A stretch of 64,000 bases of DNA, taken from the IMG/VR virus record IMGVR_UViG_3300025070_000011; one strand, written 5' to 3'. Made by a program: the position numbers and the translations under genes. Under the pieces are notes generated by a model. That model ran no database searches. It saw only the letters and a list, made by a program, of their open reading frames with translations, and was not told the DNA's origin. Shown here piece after piece: positions 37,996 to 49,900 of this stretch. The stretch comes from an uncultured virus (IMG/VR IMGVR_UViG_3300025070_000011) (taxonomy: Duplodnaviria > Heunggongvirae > Uroviricota > Caudoviricetes). Numbering within the stretch: position 1 is the stretch's first letter; each line of letters starts with the position of its first letter.

Positions 37996-40900
37996 AGTTT
38001 CTACATTCAAAGAATTCATTGAATCTATTTCTATAGATTCTGCCGGCGAATTTTATTTTGGGTCGCCTGGATTAGTAATTCCTCCTCCAGATAGGGGCCA
38101 CGGAAATCTCGTTCAAGCAACGGGAACGGTTTCTCTTGACAGTTTTGGAAGCATATCTTCCGTAACTATAACAGAATCGGGCGACGGATACACTACACCA
38201 CCTACACCATACATTGTTGGGTTTCCCTCACAATATGGAATCACTTCTGGTCTTGCTTTATATGGTTTTGGATACCATGACAGTATTCCAGTAGAATCCG
38301 ATTCAACGGATGGCGAAGGTATGACTGTCAATGTCACCATCGATTCCTTTGGTTCAGTAAGTCTTGTTACTGCTTCCAGAGGAAATCAGTTATATACAGT
38401 CGGTGACACCATAACAATCCAACCGAATTTGATTGGTGGAAACATAGATGAAGACCCGATCACCGCTCAGATAACAAAAATCAATGGTGGAACGACAGCA
38501 ATATTAAGTTCTACAATATCAAAATTAAATGCTGGTGACGTTTACGTTCAACCAAAAATTTCTCCATTTGTCGGAAACCAACTTCCAGAAGTTTTGCAAG
38601 TAGACTTCCCGCTCTTTAAGACTTTCTTTGAAAAATACTATCAGTTCTTAGAACAAACAAATACATCGGACAGTACCAATCACGGACCATTGAAGGTACT
38701 TCAAGATTTTCTTAGCAAACTTGATGTTGACTTTAACGATGATGGTAGTCCAATCACCGATGACAATTTCCTAATAGAATTTTTCAAAGACTATGCTAAA
38801 GACTTTCCTCTGAAACAGAGCGCAAAGTTATCAAGAGTTATCAAAGATATCAATTCGTTCTATACTGCAAAGGGTAGTCCAGAAGCGATCAAATATCTAT
38901 TCAAAGCTCTGTACAACGAAGATGTGGGTGTAGTAAACTCTGGTCAATTTATTCTTAGACCTTCATCAAACCAATTTACTCAAGACTATGTTATTAAAGT
39001 TTTTGAATCAGAATCGAATCCAAACAACCCCTTGGAGTTGGAAGGCAGGAGAATCGACCTCCACTATTCTGTTTCCGAGGGGGCTTCTACACAGAATTTA
39101 ATTAAAACTACTACAGTAAAACGAGCTACAAAAATATCATACACCAACCCGCAAACATTTGAGTTGGTATTGGACTTACCTCCCAGTTTTACTCTGGTTG
39201 GGCCCGGCGTTGGACAAGATGGATATGACGATCAGTTGTTTGCTTATGTCTGCGGTAACGTTGGCACGATAACCGGCACTGGTACTGGTGGAATTTTTGA
39301 AAATCCCAGTTCCAGCGTAGTCGATGGAACATACACAATTACCGAGTCCGATTACACATCTTATCTAGATGTTGAATATCAAAATAATGTTGAGTATCCA
39401 AAAGGGACGTATGTCACGGCAAACGGTAAACTGTACGTTACTGTAAACGAAGGGACAACTGATTCGTCTGGTACTGGACCCACACATGAAAGTGGAGAAG
39501 TCTTGAACGGAACCTCAAAGTTTCGATTCCTATCTTTTGATGACCACAAGACAACATCAAGCACTGGCGCAGAATTTGAAGTAGTAATCCAAGGAAACTC
39601 CATAGATAGTGTCACTGTTAATTCAGTTGGCAGTAATTATGTTCTTGGTGAAATTTTTGAAATACCAACAACGGTATTTGGGGGCGCTGGAACGCCTCCC
39701 GTAAAGTTTAAAGTTGGCACAATTACTTCTGGTAAGATAGACCACGTTCTAATTACTGATGGTGGTACTGGATTTAGTGCAAATCCTGGCGTGACGATTA
39801 AACCAAACCCAGCTGATACTATCTTATCCGATGCAGCCATTTCAACAAGAATAACTGATGGTGTTGTCACTTCTACCTCGTTCATCTCAAACGCTAGAGG
39901 GATTGGATATAACAACCCACCAGAACTCAAAATAAACGTTGCTAATCTGTTTTCTTATATCACATTAGAAGGTGAAGAAGAATTAAAGGCTTTTCCTACT
40001 AGAGTTTTAAATGGTTCTACTTTCAATACAATATCTCCATCATCTTCTACTACGAATGGTGGTTTTAATATTGGTGATACTTTCAAAGTATCGGAAACGG
40101 GATCAACTCTTGGCCAGTATGCTATAGATTACTTCTTAGAAGACTACACGATTAGTGGCGCCACTAATAATGGATATATCAAAGTTACTGCTTTAAGTGA
40201 CAACGGATACCCAAGTGAATTTGAAGTAATTGCTGTTGGCGCTGGATACTACAGAGCTGACTTCAAATTTGATATTGTTTCTGACTCAGATCAAACTTGT
40301 ACAATCGACGTAACCACTGGATATAATGCGCTTCTCGCTGGTGTGTTTAAAGACGCCGGAAGTTTCTTGTCAGATGCAAACAAAGTATTTGATAACAGAA
40401 TTTACCAACACTTCTCATATGAAATTGAGAGTGAAAGACCTCAGGCCGAATGGGATGGGTATGTCAAAAGAGCTGCTCACCCAATTGGATTTGGTGTCTT
40501 TGGAAACTTGCAGATTAAACAAGATGTTGATTTGTCCTCAAACTTTGTTGTTGAGACTGATGTCTACATGTTCTTCAAATATCCAGAAATTGAAGAGATA
40601 TTGATTTCGGATGATGACTTTGCGAAAGATATGCACAAACCCTCGATTTCGGATTCGATATTCCCAGGCGATGGTCTGTCAACCAGACAAAATATCGGAG
40701 TGGTGGTCAACAAATTTGATGTTACTCAGGGCAAAACCGATTCCTTTGAATTGTCAGATGAGTTTGGGCCCTATACACTGCAAGGTACGGAAGTACAAAA
40801 CGTCTACGCTACCGAGGATGGAACTATCTTGGGAGCTCCATACTTCTTTGTCCACGGGGATAGGGAAGATGATTACATAGAAAGATTTGCGAATGGTGAT

Positions 40901-41851
40901 TACTTCTTAGAAGACTATGTAGAACAAGGAAACCCATTCAAAGATATTGAGATGGTGCTTGACTCCACTACTACTGGCGGATATGCTACCGACTATTTCT
41001 TAGAAGATTATGCATTGGTTTTAGATGCAGACCCAGAGAGAGGAACAACACTTGTCTTTATAGATGATGCTGTTTCTAGTTTAAGTGTTCACATCGAAGT
41101 TGCAGGTGGCGTTTCTCCTGTAGATGGATTATATGCTACTTCAGATGGTACACTTACCGGAGACCCATACTTCCTCCAAAATCCAGATTCTGCCGACGAT
41201 TATGTGCGCCGAGTAATTCCGAGTGGAGACGAAATAACTTTAGACGATTCGAGTATTACAGTCGCCTTCATTTTCTTCAGAACTTCTCCGACAGACTTTG
41301 ACGAAGAATCTGTAACTATAGATGACACGGCAGTGCCAGAATTGAATAGGGTTCTTGCAGAAGATATCTTGTTTGCTGATGCGTTTGATCGATTTGAGAT
41401 AACTACAGAACAGTCAGACACCATTAACATCGATGACTCTACTGTGTTTGATGTCACCAGACCTGTTACTGACACATACGATGTAGATGATTCTACAGAA
41501 TTTGATGTGACTACAACTGCTGTTGATACGATGAACATGCAGGACATCCCATCGGTTGAAGCTCAACCAGTTACCACAGATACATTTGCACTGGCTGACT
41601 CCCTAGACAAATTTGACATTGGTGTTGGACCGAGTGATACAATCGCATTCGGAGATGGCACAAGTTTTGAAGTAGCGACTTCACCGACAGAAACTCCAAA
41701 TGTAAATGAATCAACAGAATTTGATATTACTACCGGAACTACGGATACATTTGGTGCCGCTGATAGTGGTAGTTTAATATCTCAATCTTATATGGAAGAC
41801 TTAACATATTTTGCTGAAGATTATGTTGCAGATTCCGTAATTAACTTCTAG
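37988..41851 (+). CDS. gp7: Baseplate wedge initiator gp7-like, extended with fibre-like and repeat domains
   Basis: FFEKYYQFLE, IKDINSFYTAKGS...YLFK.LYNE, YQHFSYEI.S, HPIGF..FG; follows gp6. Confidence 0.75.
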   Translation: MNKVSTFKEFIESISIDSAGEFYFGSPGLVIPPPDRGHGNLVQATGTVSLDSFGSISSVTITESGDGYTTPPTPYIVGFPSQYGITSGLALYGFGYHDSIPVESDSTDGEGMTVNVTIDSFGSVSLVTASRGNQLYTVGDTITIQPNLIGGNIDEDPITAQITKINGGTTAILSSTISKLNAGDVYVQPKISPFVGNQLPEVLQVDFPLFKTFFEKYYQFLEQTNTSDSTNHGPLKVLQDFLSKLDVDFNDDGSPITDDNFLIEFFKDYAKDFPLKQSAKLSRVIKDINSFYTAKGSPEAIKYLFKALYNEDVGVVNSGQFILRPSSNQFTQDYVIKVFESESNPNNPLELEGRRIDLHYSVSEGASTQNLIKTTTVKRATKISYTNPQTFELVLDLPPSFTLVGPGVGQDGYDDQLFAYVCGNVGTITGTGTGGIFENPSSSVVDGTYTITESDYTSYLDVEYQNNVEYPKGTYVTANGKLYVTVNEGTTDSSGTGPTHESGEVLNGTSKFRFLSFDDHKTTSSTGAEFEVVIQGNSIDSVTVNSVGSNYVLGEIFEIPTTVFGGAGTPPVKFKVGTITSGKIDHVLITDGGTGFSANPGVTIKPNPADTILSDAAISTRITDGVVTSTSFISNARGIGYNNPPELKINVANLFSYITLEGEEELKAFPTRVLNGSTFNTISPSSSTTNGGFNIGDTFKVSETGSTLGQYAIDYFLEDYTISGATNNGYIKVTALSDNGYPSEFEVIAVGAGYYRADFKFDIVSDSDQTCTIDVTTGYNALLAGVFKDAGSFLSDANKVFDNRIYQHFSYEIESERPQAEWDGYVKRAAHPIGFGVFGNLQIKQDVDLSSNFVVETDVYMFFKYPEIEEILISDDDFAKDMHKPSISDSIFPGDGLSTRQNIGVVVNKFDVTQGKTDSFELSDEFGPYTLQGTEVQNVYATEDGTILGAPYFFVHGDREDDYIERFANGDYFLEDYVEQGNPFKDIEMVLDSTTTGGYATDYFLEDYALVLDADPERGTTLVFIDDAVSSLSVHIEVAGGVSPVDGLYATSDGTLTGDPYFLQNPDSADDYVRRVIPSGDEITLDDSSITVAFIFFRTSPTDFDEESVTIDDTAVPELNRVLAEDILFADAFDRFEITTEQSDTINIDDSTVFDVTRPVTDTYDVDDSTEFDVTTTAVDTMNMQDIPSVEAQPVTTDTFALADSLDKFDIGVGPSDTIAFGDGTSFEVATSPTETPNVNESTEFDITTGTTDTFGAADSGSLISQSYMEDLTYFAEDYVADSVINF

Positions 41852-41857
41852 AAACAT

Positions 41858-41865
41858 TATAAATA
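41858..41865 (+). promoter_or_regulatory. T4-type late promoter
   Basis: Intergenic TATAAATA upstream of AGGAG SD and ATG 41906. Confidence 0.8.
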
Positions 41866-41905
41866 AGAAGATCACAGGCAAAACAAATCCCCAAAGGAGA
41901 TACAA

Positions 41906-42355
41906 ATGCAACATTCTACTGCCTTAAATGCCAAAGGTCGTTTGACCATTCAACAGTTTGATAAGGAAGGCAACCTTATTCACACAGAAGATACGACTAA
42001 CGTTGTTGTTAGTGACGGTCTTGATTATATCACCGAGCGTATGAAAGACGCTACTACAACTGTCATGTCTCACATGGCTGTTGGTTCTGACAACACTGCT
42101 GCTGCAGCTGGTGATAGTACCCTTGGAGTGGAACTTGGTCGAGTCGCTCTTACATCAACAACCGTTTCCAGTAATACTATTACCTATGTCGGAGATTTTC
42201 CTGCTGGTACTGGTACTGGTGCTGTCGTTGAAGCCGGTGTCTTGAATAACGTTACTGGTGGTGATCTGCTTTGCAGAACAGTATTCTCAGTAGTGAATAA
42301 GGCTGCCGCGGATACGTTAAAAATTACTTGGACGCTGACTGTAAGCGACTCCTAA
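41906..42355 (+). CDS. Virion structural protein (tail/baseplate-associated)
   Basis: NVVV..G...I..RM, MAVG, TYV..FPAG.GTGA..EAG, RTVF.VVNK...D.L.ITW motif typical of fibre-attachment domains. Confidence 0.7.
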   Translation: MQHSTALNAKGRLTIQQFDKEGNLIHTEDTTNVVVSDGLDYITERMKDATTTVMSHMAVGSDNTAAAAGDSTLGVELGRVALTSTTVSSNTITYVGDFPAGTGTGAVVEAGVLNNVTGGDLLCRTVFSVVNKAAADTLKITWTLTVSDS

Positions 42356-42379
42356 TCTTAATTTTTAGGAGTTTGCCGA

Positions 42380-43987
42380 ATGGCTATATTAATACGAGAC
42401 CAAGCAAGGGTACAACAGGCAAGATCATTTTATAGAGATATCTACAATGACAATGATAGATATTTCTTAGCTGCCTCGCGTACCTCCACTTGGACAGTAG
42501 ACACCGATCCTGACACCTCTTTTGATAACAGGATCGACATGTCACAATTTCGGAGAGACATTCTTTTTGTAAAGAAGGTCCAAAACTCCGATGTAGCCAT
42601 GCTTGCTAGAAGGATCGATTGGGTAAGTGATACAGTGTATGACCAGTATGACGATGCACTGACTCCAACCAATACTTCCAACTCTGGTGCAACATCACTT
42701 GATGAAGCAAACTTTTATGTTCTTACAGAAGATTTCAATGTCTACAAGTGCATGAATAATAATTTTAATGCACCGAGTACAACGAAACCGTCTAGTACAG
42801 GAACAGAAGTTTTTGAAACTGCTGATGGATACCAGTGGAAGTTTCTATTTCAAATAGGTGCTTCTGATAGAACAAAGTTTCTGTCCAGCGCTTATATGCC
42901 AGTGAGAAAAGTTTCTGGTGGAGGAGAACCGGACTTTGATGTAAACGGCGAGATTGATAATATTTCCATCTCTAATAGTGGCGCTGGATATACAAGTTCT
43001 CCGATTGTTACTATACAGGGAGACGGCATTGGTGCTGTTGCCACTGCTACCGTTTCCGGTGGAGTGGTGACTGCGATTACCATCACAAATGGTGGTTATG
43101 GATACAGTTTTGCAGACGTTGTTTTGACGGGTGGTGGTTTTACCACACTGGCGACAGCTGATGCTTTGTTGGGGTCTACCGAATCCAACACACTTCAAGG
43201 TCCAGTAGAATCCACTGCGGTGAGAGGAACGATTGATAATATCATTATTGATAATATCGGACAAGACTATGTAAACGGTGACGCACTAGTTAAGATCGAA
43301 GGTGATGGTCAAGGCGCCCAAGCAGCATTGGTAATCAATACAAACGGAAACGTCGAGTCGATATCGATTACTGACCCTGGCGTTGGATACACGAAGGCTA
43401 CGGTAACACTTACCCAAACTTTGGGTTCTGGTACTAATGCTTCCTTTAGGGCAATCATTGCTCCTTGGGGTGGACATGGTTCAAACCCACAACAGGAATT
43501 ATTTACCAGAAGGGTTGGTATTACCATATCCTTTGATAACGACTCACAAGATTTGATTACATCCAATGATTATAGACAAGTTGGATTGTTGAAGAACATA
43601 CATCCGTATGGAAACACAACACTTTTCAATGACGCAACGGGTACGGCCTGTTTTACAGTTGGCACTTCAACCCCAACCAGTTTTGCTCCAGATGATAACA
43701 TTACAACCGATAGTCAAGGAGAATTCTTAGTTACTCAGATCAGAGATGCAAACGAAGATCAGACAGACGATACCGTTTACTTGCAAGAGATAACTGCTGG
43801 TATTGCAGAGTCAGATACTTTGACAAATAACACACAAGACATCACTGGACTGACTATAAATAGTAGTACTCTTGCGAATCCCGAAATAGATGTTAGATCG
43901 GGAGAACTTTTATATTACGACAACAGAAAACCTATCACCAGAGACGAAGATCAAGTTGAGACGGTGAAGTTAATCTTTACGTTCTAG
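42380..43987 (+). CDS. gp8: Baseplate wedge subunit gp8
   Basis: RIDW...TVYDQY, FYVLT.DFNVYKC..N, DGY.WKFL, DYRQVGL..N, SGELLYYDNR.PI.R..DQ.E.VK. Confidence 0.88.
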   Translation: MAILIRDQARVQQARSFYRDIYNDNDRYFLAASRTSTWTVDTDPDTSFDNRIDMSQFRRDILFVKKVQNSDVAMLARRIDWVSDTVYDQYDDALTPTNTSNSGATSLDEANFYVLTEDFNVYKCMNNNFNAPSTTKPSSTGTEVFETADGYQWKFLFQIGASDRTKFLSSAYMPVRKVSGGGEPDFDVNGEIDNISISNSGAGYTSSPIVTIQGDGIGAVATATVSGGVVTAITITNGGYGYSFADVVLTGGGFTTLATADALLGSTESNTLQGPVESTAVRGTIDNIIIDNIGQDYVNGDALVKIEGDGQGAQAALVINTNGNVESISITDPGVGYTKATVTLTQTLGSGTNASFRAIIAPWGGHGSNPQQELFTRRVGITISFDNDSQDLITSNDYRQVGLLKNIHPYGNTTLFNDATGTACFTVGTSTPTSFAPDDNITTDSQGEFLVTQIRDANEDQTDDTVYLQEITAGIAESDTLTNNTQDITGLTINSSTLANPEIDVRSGELLYYDNRKPITRDEDQVETVKLIFTF

Positions 43988-43996
43988 GGAAAAAAG

Positions 43997-46900
43997 ATGG
44001 CAATCAATTTAAATGTATCTCCATACTATGATGACTTTGATGCAAATAAAAAGTTTAATCGTGTGGTCTTCAAACCCGGCGTTGCCGTGCAGGCTCGCGA
44101 ACTTACTCAAATGCAGGATTACTTTTATGAAACCATAAAAGACTTTGCAGAACATTTGTTTGTTGATGGAGCCGCGGTCAGTGGATGTGAAGGAAGTATC
44201 AATCTTCTGGAATACATAAAAATATCTGACGTTGATAATGCGGGAGTTACTGTTTCAAACGACTCTCTAGAATCATATACTGGAGACGCGGTAATTGGCA
44301 GCGTAACTGGAATTAGGGCAAATATTACGGCGGTCAAGTCTGGGTTGTCCACCAATGTCACAGCAAAGAAGATTCTTTACTTAGATTATAAAGTAGGTAA
44401 TACCGATGGCGCCGGCGACAACACCAACAAAAGATTTGATGCTGGTGAGACTCTTACTGTAGTATCCGACGATTCCGATAGAAACGGCGATACGTTTGTT
44501 GTAGACACTAATACAAACTTTGATAGTTTTACAGAAAATTTTTATGGACTGGCAATGGATTTTGTTATTCCAGAAGGCGTTTTGTTTATTCAAGGTAAGT
44601 TTGTAAAACATGAACGACAAATTATTAGACTTGATGATTACAGTGCTCGAGTAAATTATTTTATTGGTGTAATTCTCAAAGAAGAAATTGTCACCTCAGA
44701 TTCAGATGGGACTTTGCTAGACCCAGCGACAGGAGCTTTTAACTACAATGCCCCAGGCGCGGATCGAACAAAGATTACAACCGTCATTGAGAAGGTTCCT
44801 TTTGGTGCAGAGTTTGCAAACAATACCTATTATGACTTAGGCCAACATGTTTCCTTTGATGATAAACTGTATGAAGTTACAACAGCTGGTACTACTGGAG
44901 CTCTTGATGAGTCAAACCCAGGCCCAGTACACACATCCGGTTCACAAACTTTCGGCAGTGCGACTTTTACTTTCTTCCCATTCCCAGAAGACTTTACCGC
45001 TGTGTACAAGGTGCAAGACGGTGCCATTGTCAGGAAACTCAATCCAGAGTTGAAGGAGTATTCTAGACTTGGTGTAACTCTTGCTGAAAGAACATACGAA
45101 GAGTCGGGCAACTATGTAGTTGAACCGTTCACTCTGGAGTTGTTAGAACACCTTAAAACAGTCAAGGGGTCTACATTCAATACTTCAGTTAATACCACTT
45201 ATGCGTCAAATCAGTTTGTAAACCATAACGGCAATCTGTATTATTCTTCTAACACCGGGCCGGCCGAAGCAGCTGCTGGAGCGCCTCCGGTTCACACTAG
45301 TGGCACTGTAACTTCTGGTGAAGTAAAATTTACCTATGCGGGAGACTCGTACAGATTTGATAATAGTGGTGTATATCTCTCAAATGATCCTATCAACCCA
45401 GGCGATCCAAATGCTTTGGTTGCTAAGGTCTCGCCAGGCGTTGCATATGTAGATGGATACCGAAGAGACTTTGGTGCTGGTGAAGCAAATACATATTTAA
45501 AAGTTAGAAAAGGTGTCGCCACAGAAACAAAAGAAGGACTAGATACTAACCTCGGATATGGAAACTATTTTGAGTGTAGAGAAGTTTGTGGCGATTGGAG
45601 TATGGAAGCGGGCGATACGATTGGCATCTATACCAACCAGACAGTTTCCGGTGGTTCATTTGCCGTCGGTTCCCAGTACCAAATCGTTACAGCGGGTACT
45701 ACCGACTTTACGCTGATCGGTGCCGCTGACTCTGCTGTAGGAACTATATTCACCGCTTCGGGCGCTGGTACTGGATCGGGTACTGCTGCTCTGCTTTCTG
45801 GTGCAGTCACTGACGGTACATTCTCTTCAACTGCTGCACCAGCTACATCTGACAAAATTGGCCAGTGCCGAGTCAGAAGTATCAAACTGTTAAATGGAAC
45901 ACCAGGCGATGCCGCTTCTAGATACAGAGTATTTGTCTATGATGTAAAAATTACTAGAGGTAATATAACAAATGCAAGAACCTTATATTACAATGGACTT
46001 TCTGGTGGTTCTTTTGCAAACATCATTTTAGAAGCCGGAATAGACATTGACGGTGATCCCATTGTCTTTGCTGATTTAAAGGGCCGATCACACAACAAGA
46101 TGGTATTCCGATGTCCTTGGAGATCAACGAAGACTCTTTATGCTGAAGCAGGAAATACATTAGACACCCAGTATTACTACACGGAGGAGTTTTCGGGACT
46201 CAGTACCGACAATGCTGGCACGTTTCAAGTGTCCATTGCTGGTCTAGGTTCTGAATTTAGTTTCCCATATTCTGCCACTCCCACTGCTGCTCAGATGACC
46301 GATTCGTTCTATCTTGTAAACAGAGGGAATTCGGTTACTATAAGCGGTGTAGTATATCCGCCTGGCGCAATTATTCCCATGACCCCCTCTATGGTTACTG
46401 CTTTTGCTTTTGACCAAATGGATTTTGACCTCACATCAGGTGGTGGTGTAGGAGCTATGAGCGGTGCTGCTGACTTATATTTACAAGTCAAACTGAAAGT
46501 AACTGATGCCGTTCCGGTCACAAAGAACTTAAACACTTCACGGTATGTTAAAATCCGCACAGTAGATAATGCTGGTGGTGCATCTGGTCCTTGGAGTCTT
46601 GGTGTTTGTGATGTCAATGAAATTGAAGCTATCTATGTTGCAGACGGTGAAAGACAAGGCGGACACTTTGATGACGCTGACAATCCAGTAAACTTAAAAG
46701 ATAGTTTTAACTTGGACAATGGTCAACGTGACAATCTTTATACTCACGCCAGTATTTCTAAGAAGGGTACAGAAGCAATTGACTTATCAAATAAGTTGAT
46801 TACGGTCAAATTTAGTCACTTTGACCCAGACTACGATAGTTCCAACGGAACATACTTTGCTTTTGATTCTTATCCAGTTGACGATACTGGTGCTACTGGT

Positions 46901-49900
46901 ATATACTCACACGAAGTACCGTACTACAGATCAGAACTTTTCGGCACAATGGATTTGAGAGACTGTATTGACTTCAGACCATATGTTAAAAATACTGCCG
47001 CTAGTTCTCTAACATTGGCTGGTGCTACACAGAACCCCTATAGGACCGAAGACTTGGATTTGCCTAATAATGGTATTCAATATCCGATTCCAGCTACTGC
47101 TTTCACCACTGACGTAACATATTACCTACCTAGAATCGACAAAGTTTTCATTGACAAGTTTGGTAGAATGACGATCAAAGAGGGTCTATCAGAAGCTAAG
47201 GCTAAACCCCCTGTATTGAAACAGGGTATGCAAATAGCACAAATTTACATTCCTCCGTTCCCGTCTATTTCCAGAAAAGTTGCGATAAAATATGGCAAAC
47301 TGGAACAGTCTGCAACCTTTGAACTACAAGGACAAACTAAACGATATACCATGGCTGACATTGGTAATATCGCAAAAAGAATTGATAGGTTGGAGTATTA
47401 TCTTGCATTATCTCTGATGGAAATGAGTGCAAAGGATACACAATTACTAGACGCTAACGGGAACGACAGATTTAAGAACGGTATCTATGTCAACGCATTT
47501 GATAGTGACCTTCTTAGTGATCTTGCTGACCCCAGCTATAACTGCGCTTACGACTCTATAGCAAAACTAGCAGAACCAAACTACGAAGAAAGTGATGTTG
47601 ATCTAGTTATTAACCCAAATCACCAGAGTTCTACTTGGAAATTTATGGGGCAACACATAACAAGACCTTACGTTAAAGAGGGATTGTTTGAAAATCGTTT
47701 TGCTACTAAGACTAGAAATTGTGTTGGAGAATTGTTGTTCAACTATACTGGTAAGATGGAGTTGTTCCCAAGATCGGACAACTTTGCTTCTACTAGTACA
47801 ATGGAACCGATGAACCTCACTTCCAACAACCAAGCAGCTGTACAAGCTGCAGCTGCTTCTGTGAATGCCTCCAAGAATGTTATTGGTACTTCTAGTGCTA
47901 TCACTACCGGCGCAGTTGCTGGAGTGCCTGGTTCTTTTTCTGGCAAACAAACTACGACAACAACCAACTTTGAACCAGGCGGTGATGGTGCCTTTAAAAT
48001 GGAGAGTGAGGAAGTATTTAACCCTCCTCTGCCAGCAGGATCAACCACCCCAAACAACCCAAATGGATGGTTCGAGAAAATTGAAGACGGCAAAAAAACA
48101 ACAACAACAACTGGTAACATCGATGTTAGTGGTTCCTTTGATACTACAACCACAACTTCAAGTATCGTGCAGTCAACAACAGAATACCTATTAACTGCTT
48201 CTGCTAAATCAGCTGGTTCTTTGGAGTTTAATATAGGTGATGTAGTAAGAGATGTTTCTCTCTTGCCGTTCATGCGAGCCAAAGCAATTGGAGTCAGATG
48301 TTCTGGATTGAAACCCAAAACTAAACTGTATTGTTTCTTTGATGACGTAAACGTAACAGAATTCTGTGAGTCAATGCGTGTCAGATCAACCTCTGCCGGG
48401 CCTGGATTTGATGATTCTATTGGTCTGGCTTGGCCCACTAGTAGACAGACAAGTATTAGAGAAGTTCTTTCTAGCGGATGCACTTTCAATTCGGGAGAAA
48501 CGATTGATGGTGTTGTCCATTTCCCCGATGTAATTAAGACCGATGACGCGGGTGATTGTGCATTTACTCTTAATCTGCCAGGCGATAGATTCCCTGTTGG
48601 TACTAGAAGAATCTTTGTTGTAGATGACCCTACGAATAGAAACAACTTTATTACTACGATGGCAGAGAACCAATATTCCGCATTTGGTATGCACCAAACA
48701 ACGCAGGAAGTAAGTTTGACTGCCGAGTTATATCAACTAGAGTATGGTAGTACTACGGGTGGTACGAGTAGTGCTGTTGTTGGTACTACAGTAACTGGTG
48801 TTGAAAATAGTGCAGCTACAATAAGTGTCGATATCACAGACGTAGAGACCACGATTGATGTAACCAACCCAGTATATGTATTCCACCCGCCAATTAGGTT
48901 TGGCGATCCTATTGCACAGTCGTTCGCGGTAGATCAGTCACCGACAGAAGTATTCTTATCTAGAGTTAAGGTTTGGTTCAGATCAAGACCGGGCGAAAAG
49001 GACGGAATTTCCAATCTTGATACCAGCCCAATCAACACTGGTACTGGTAGAAAACTAACGATGGAAATCAGACAGTGTAATTCAGCTGGTTATCCAACAA
49101 ATGTTGTGATTGGCAGATCAACACTGCCTTACAACGCGATCAAAACTACACCCGACCTGTCTGGTGGAAACGCTACAAACTTTGACTTCAGAGATGAGTT
49201 TTCTACGAACTTTGACTTTGGTAAGGGTCCAGATTTAAGCTCGTTCAGAACTGGGAATGTTGCTGACTTTAGAATTGGTCTTTCACAAGAAAGTCTCCAA
49301 AAACCAGTTGTTCTTGATCCAACCAAAGAATATGCTTTTATTATAATTCCAGAGAATAATGATCCGAATTATGACATCTGGTGTTCTAAGTTGGGTGAGA
49401 CTAAAATTGGTACTGCAGCAGATAGAGTTACCGCAGAAGAAGCTTTCTCTGGAATTCTATTCACATCTGCTAATAACAGAACGTGGACTCCACATCAACA
49501 GGAAGATTTGAAGTTTGTTATGTATGCATGGACATTCCCCACTGGAACTGGTGAGGTTGAATTCGTCAACGAACACGCAGAATTTGTAAGTGCAAAAGAC
49601 TTTATTGGTGGCAAACCTGACAAGAACGAGCCAGGAACTTGGTATAGTTTCAAGAACTCGATTGGCAACGCAGGAACTGGATACAGTGTCGGTGATGTAA
49701 TCAATATAGACTCTTCCACGAAAACTAATGTACCGAGTGGAATTAAGTTTGAGGTACTAACTGTAGGTGGCGGTGGCGAAGTTCTGACGATTAAAGCACT
49801 CCAATATTCTGATGGTTCTAACGCCAGTTACAGAAATTGGCCTTACACTTGCGGTGTAGACAGTATTGGCCAAGGCAATTTCGAGTTTATCAACGGCGAT

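Noticed and set aside
47743..48645. 300-aa minus-strand ORF
   Set aside because: Antisense to the Thr/Ser-rich part of the VrlC-like gene, with no SD or motif.
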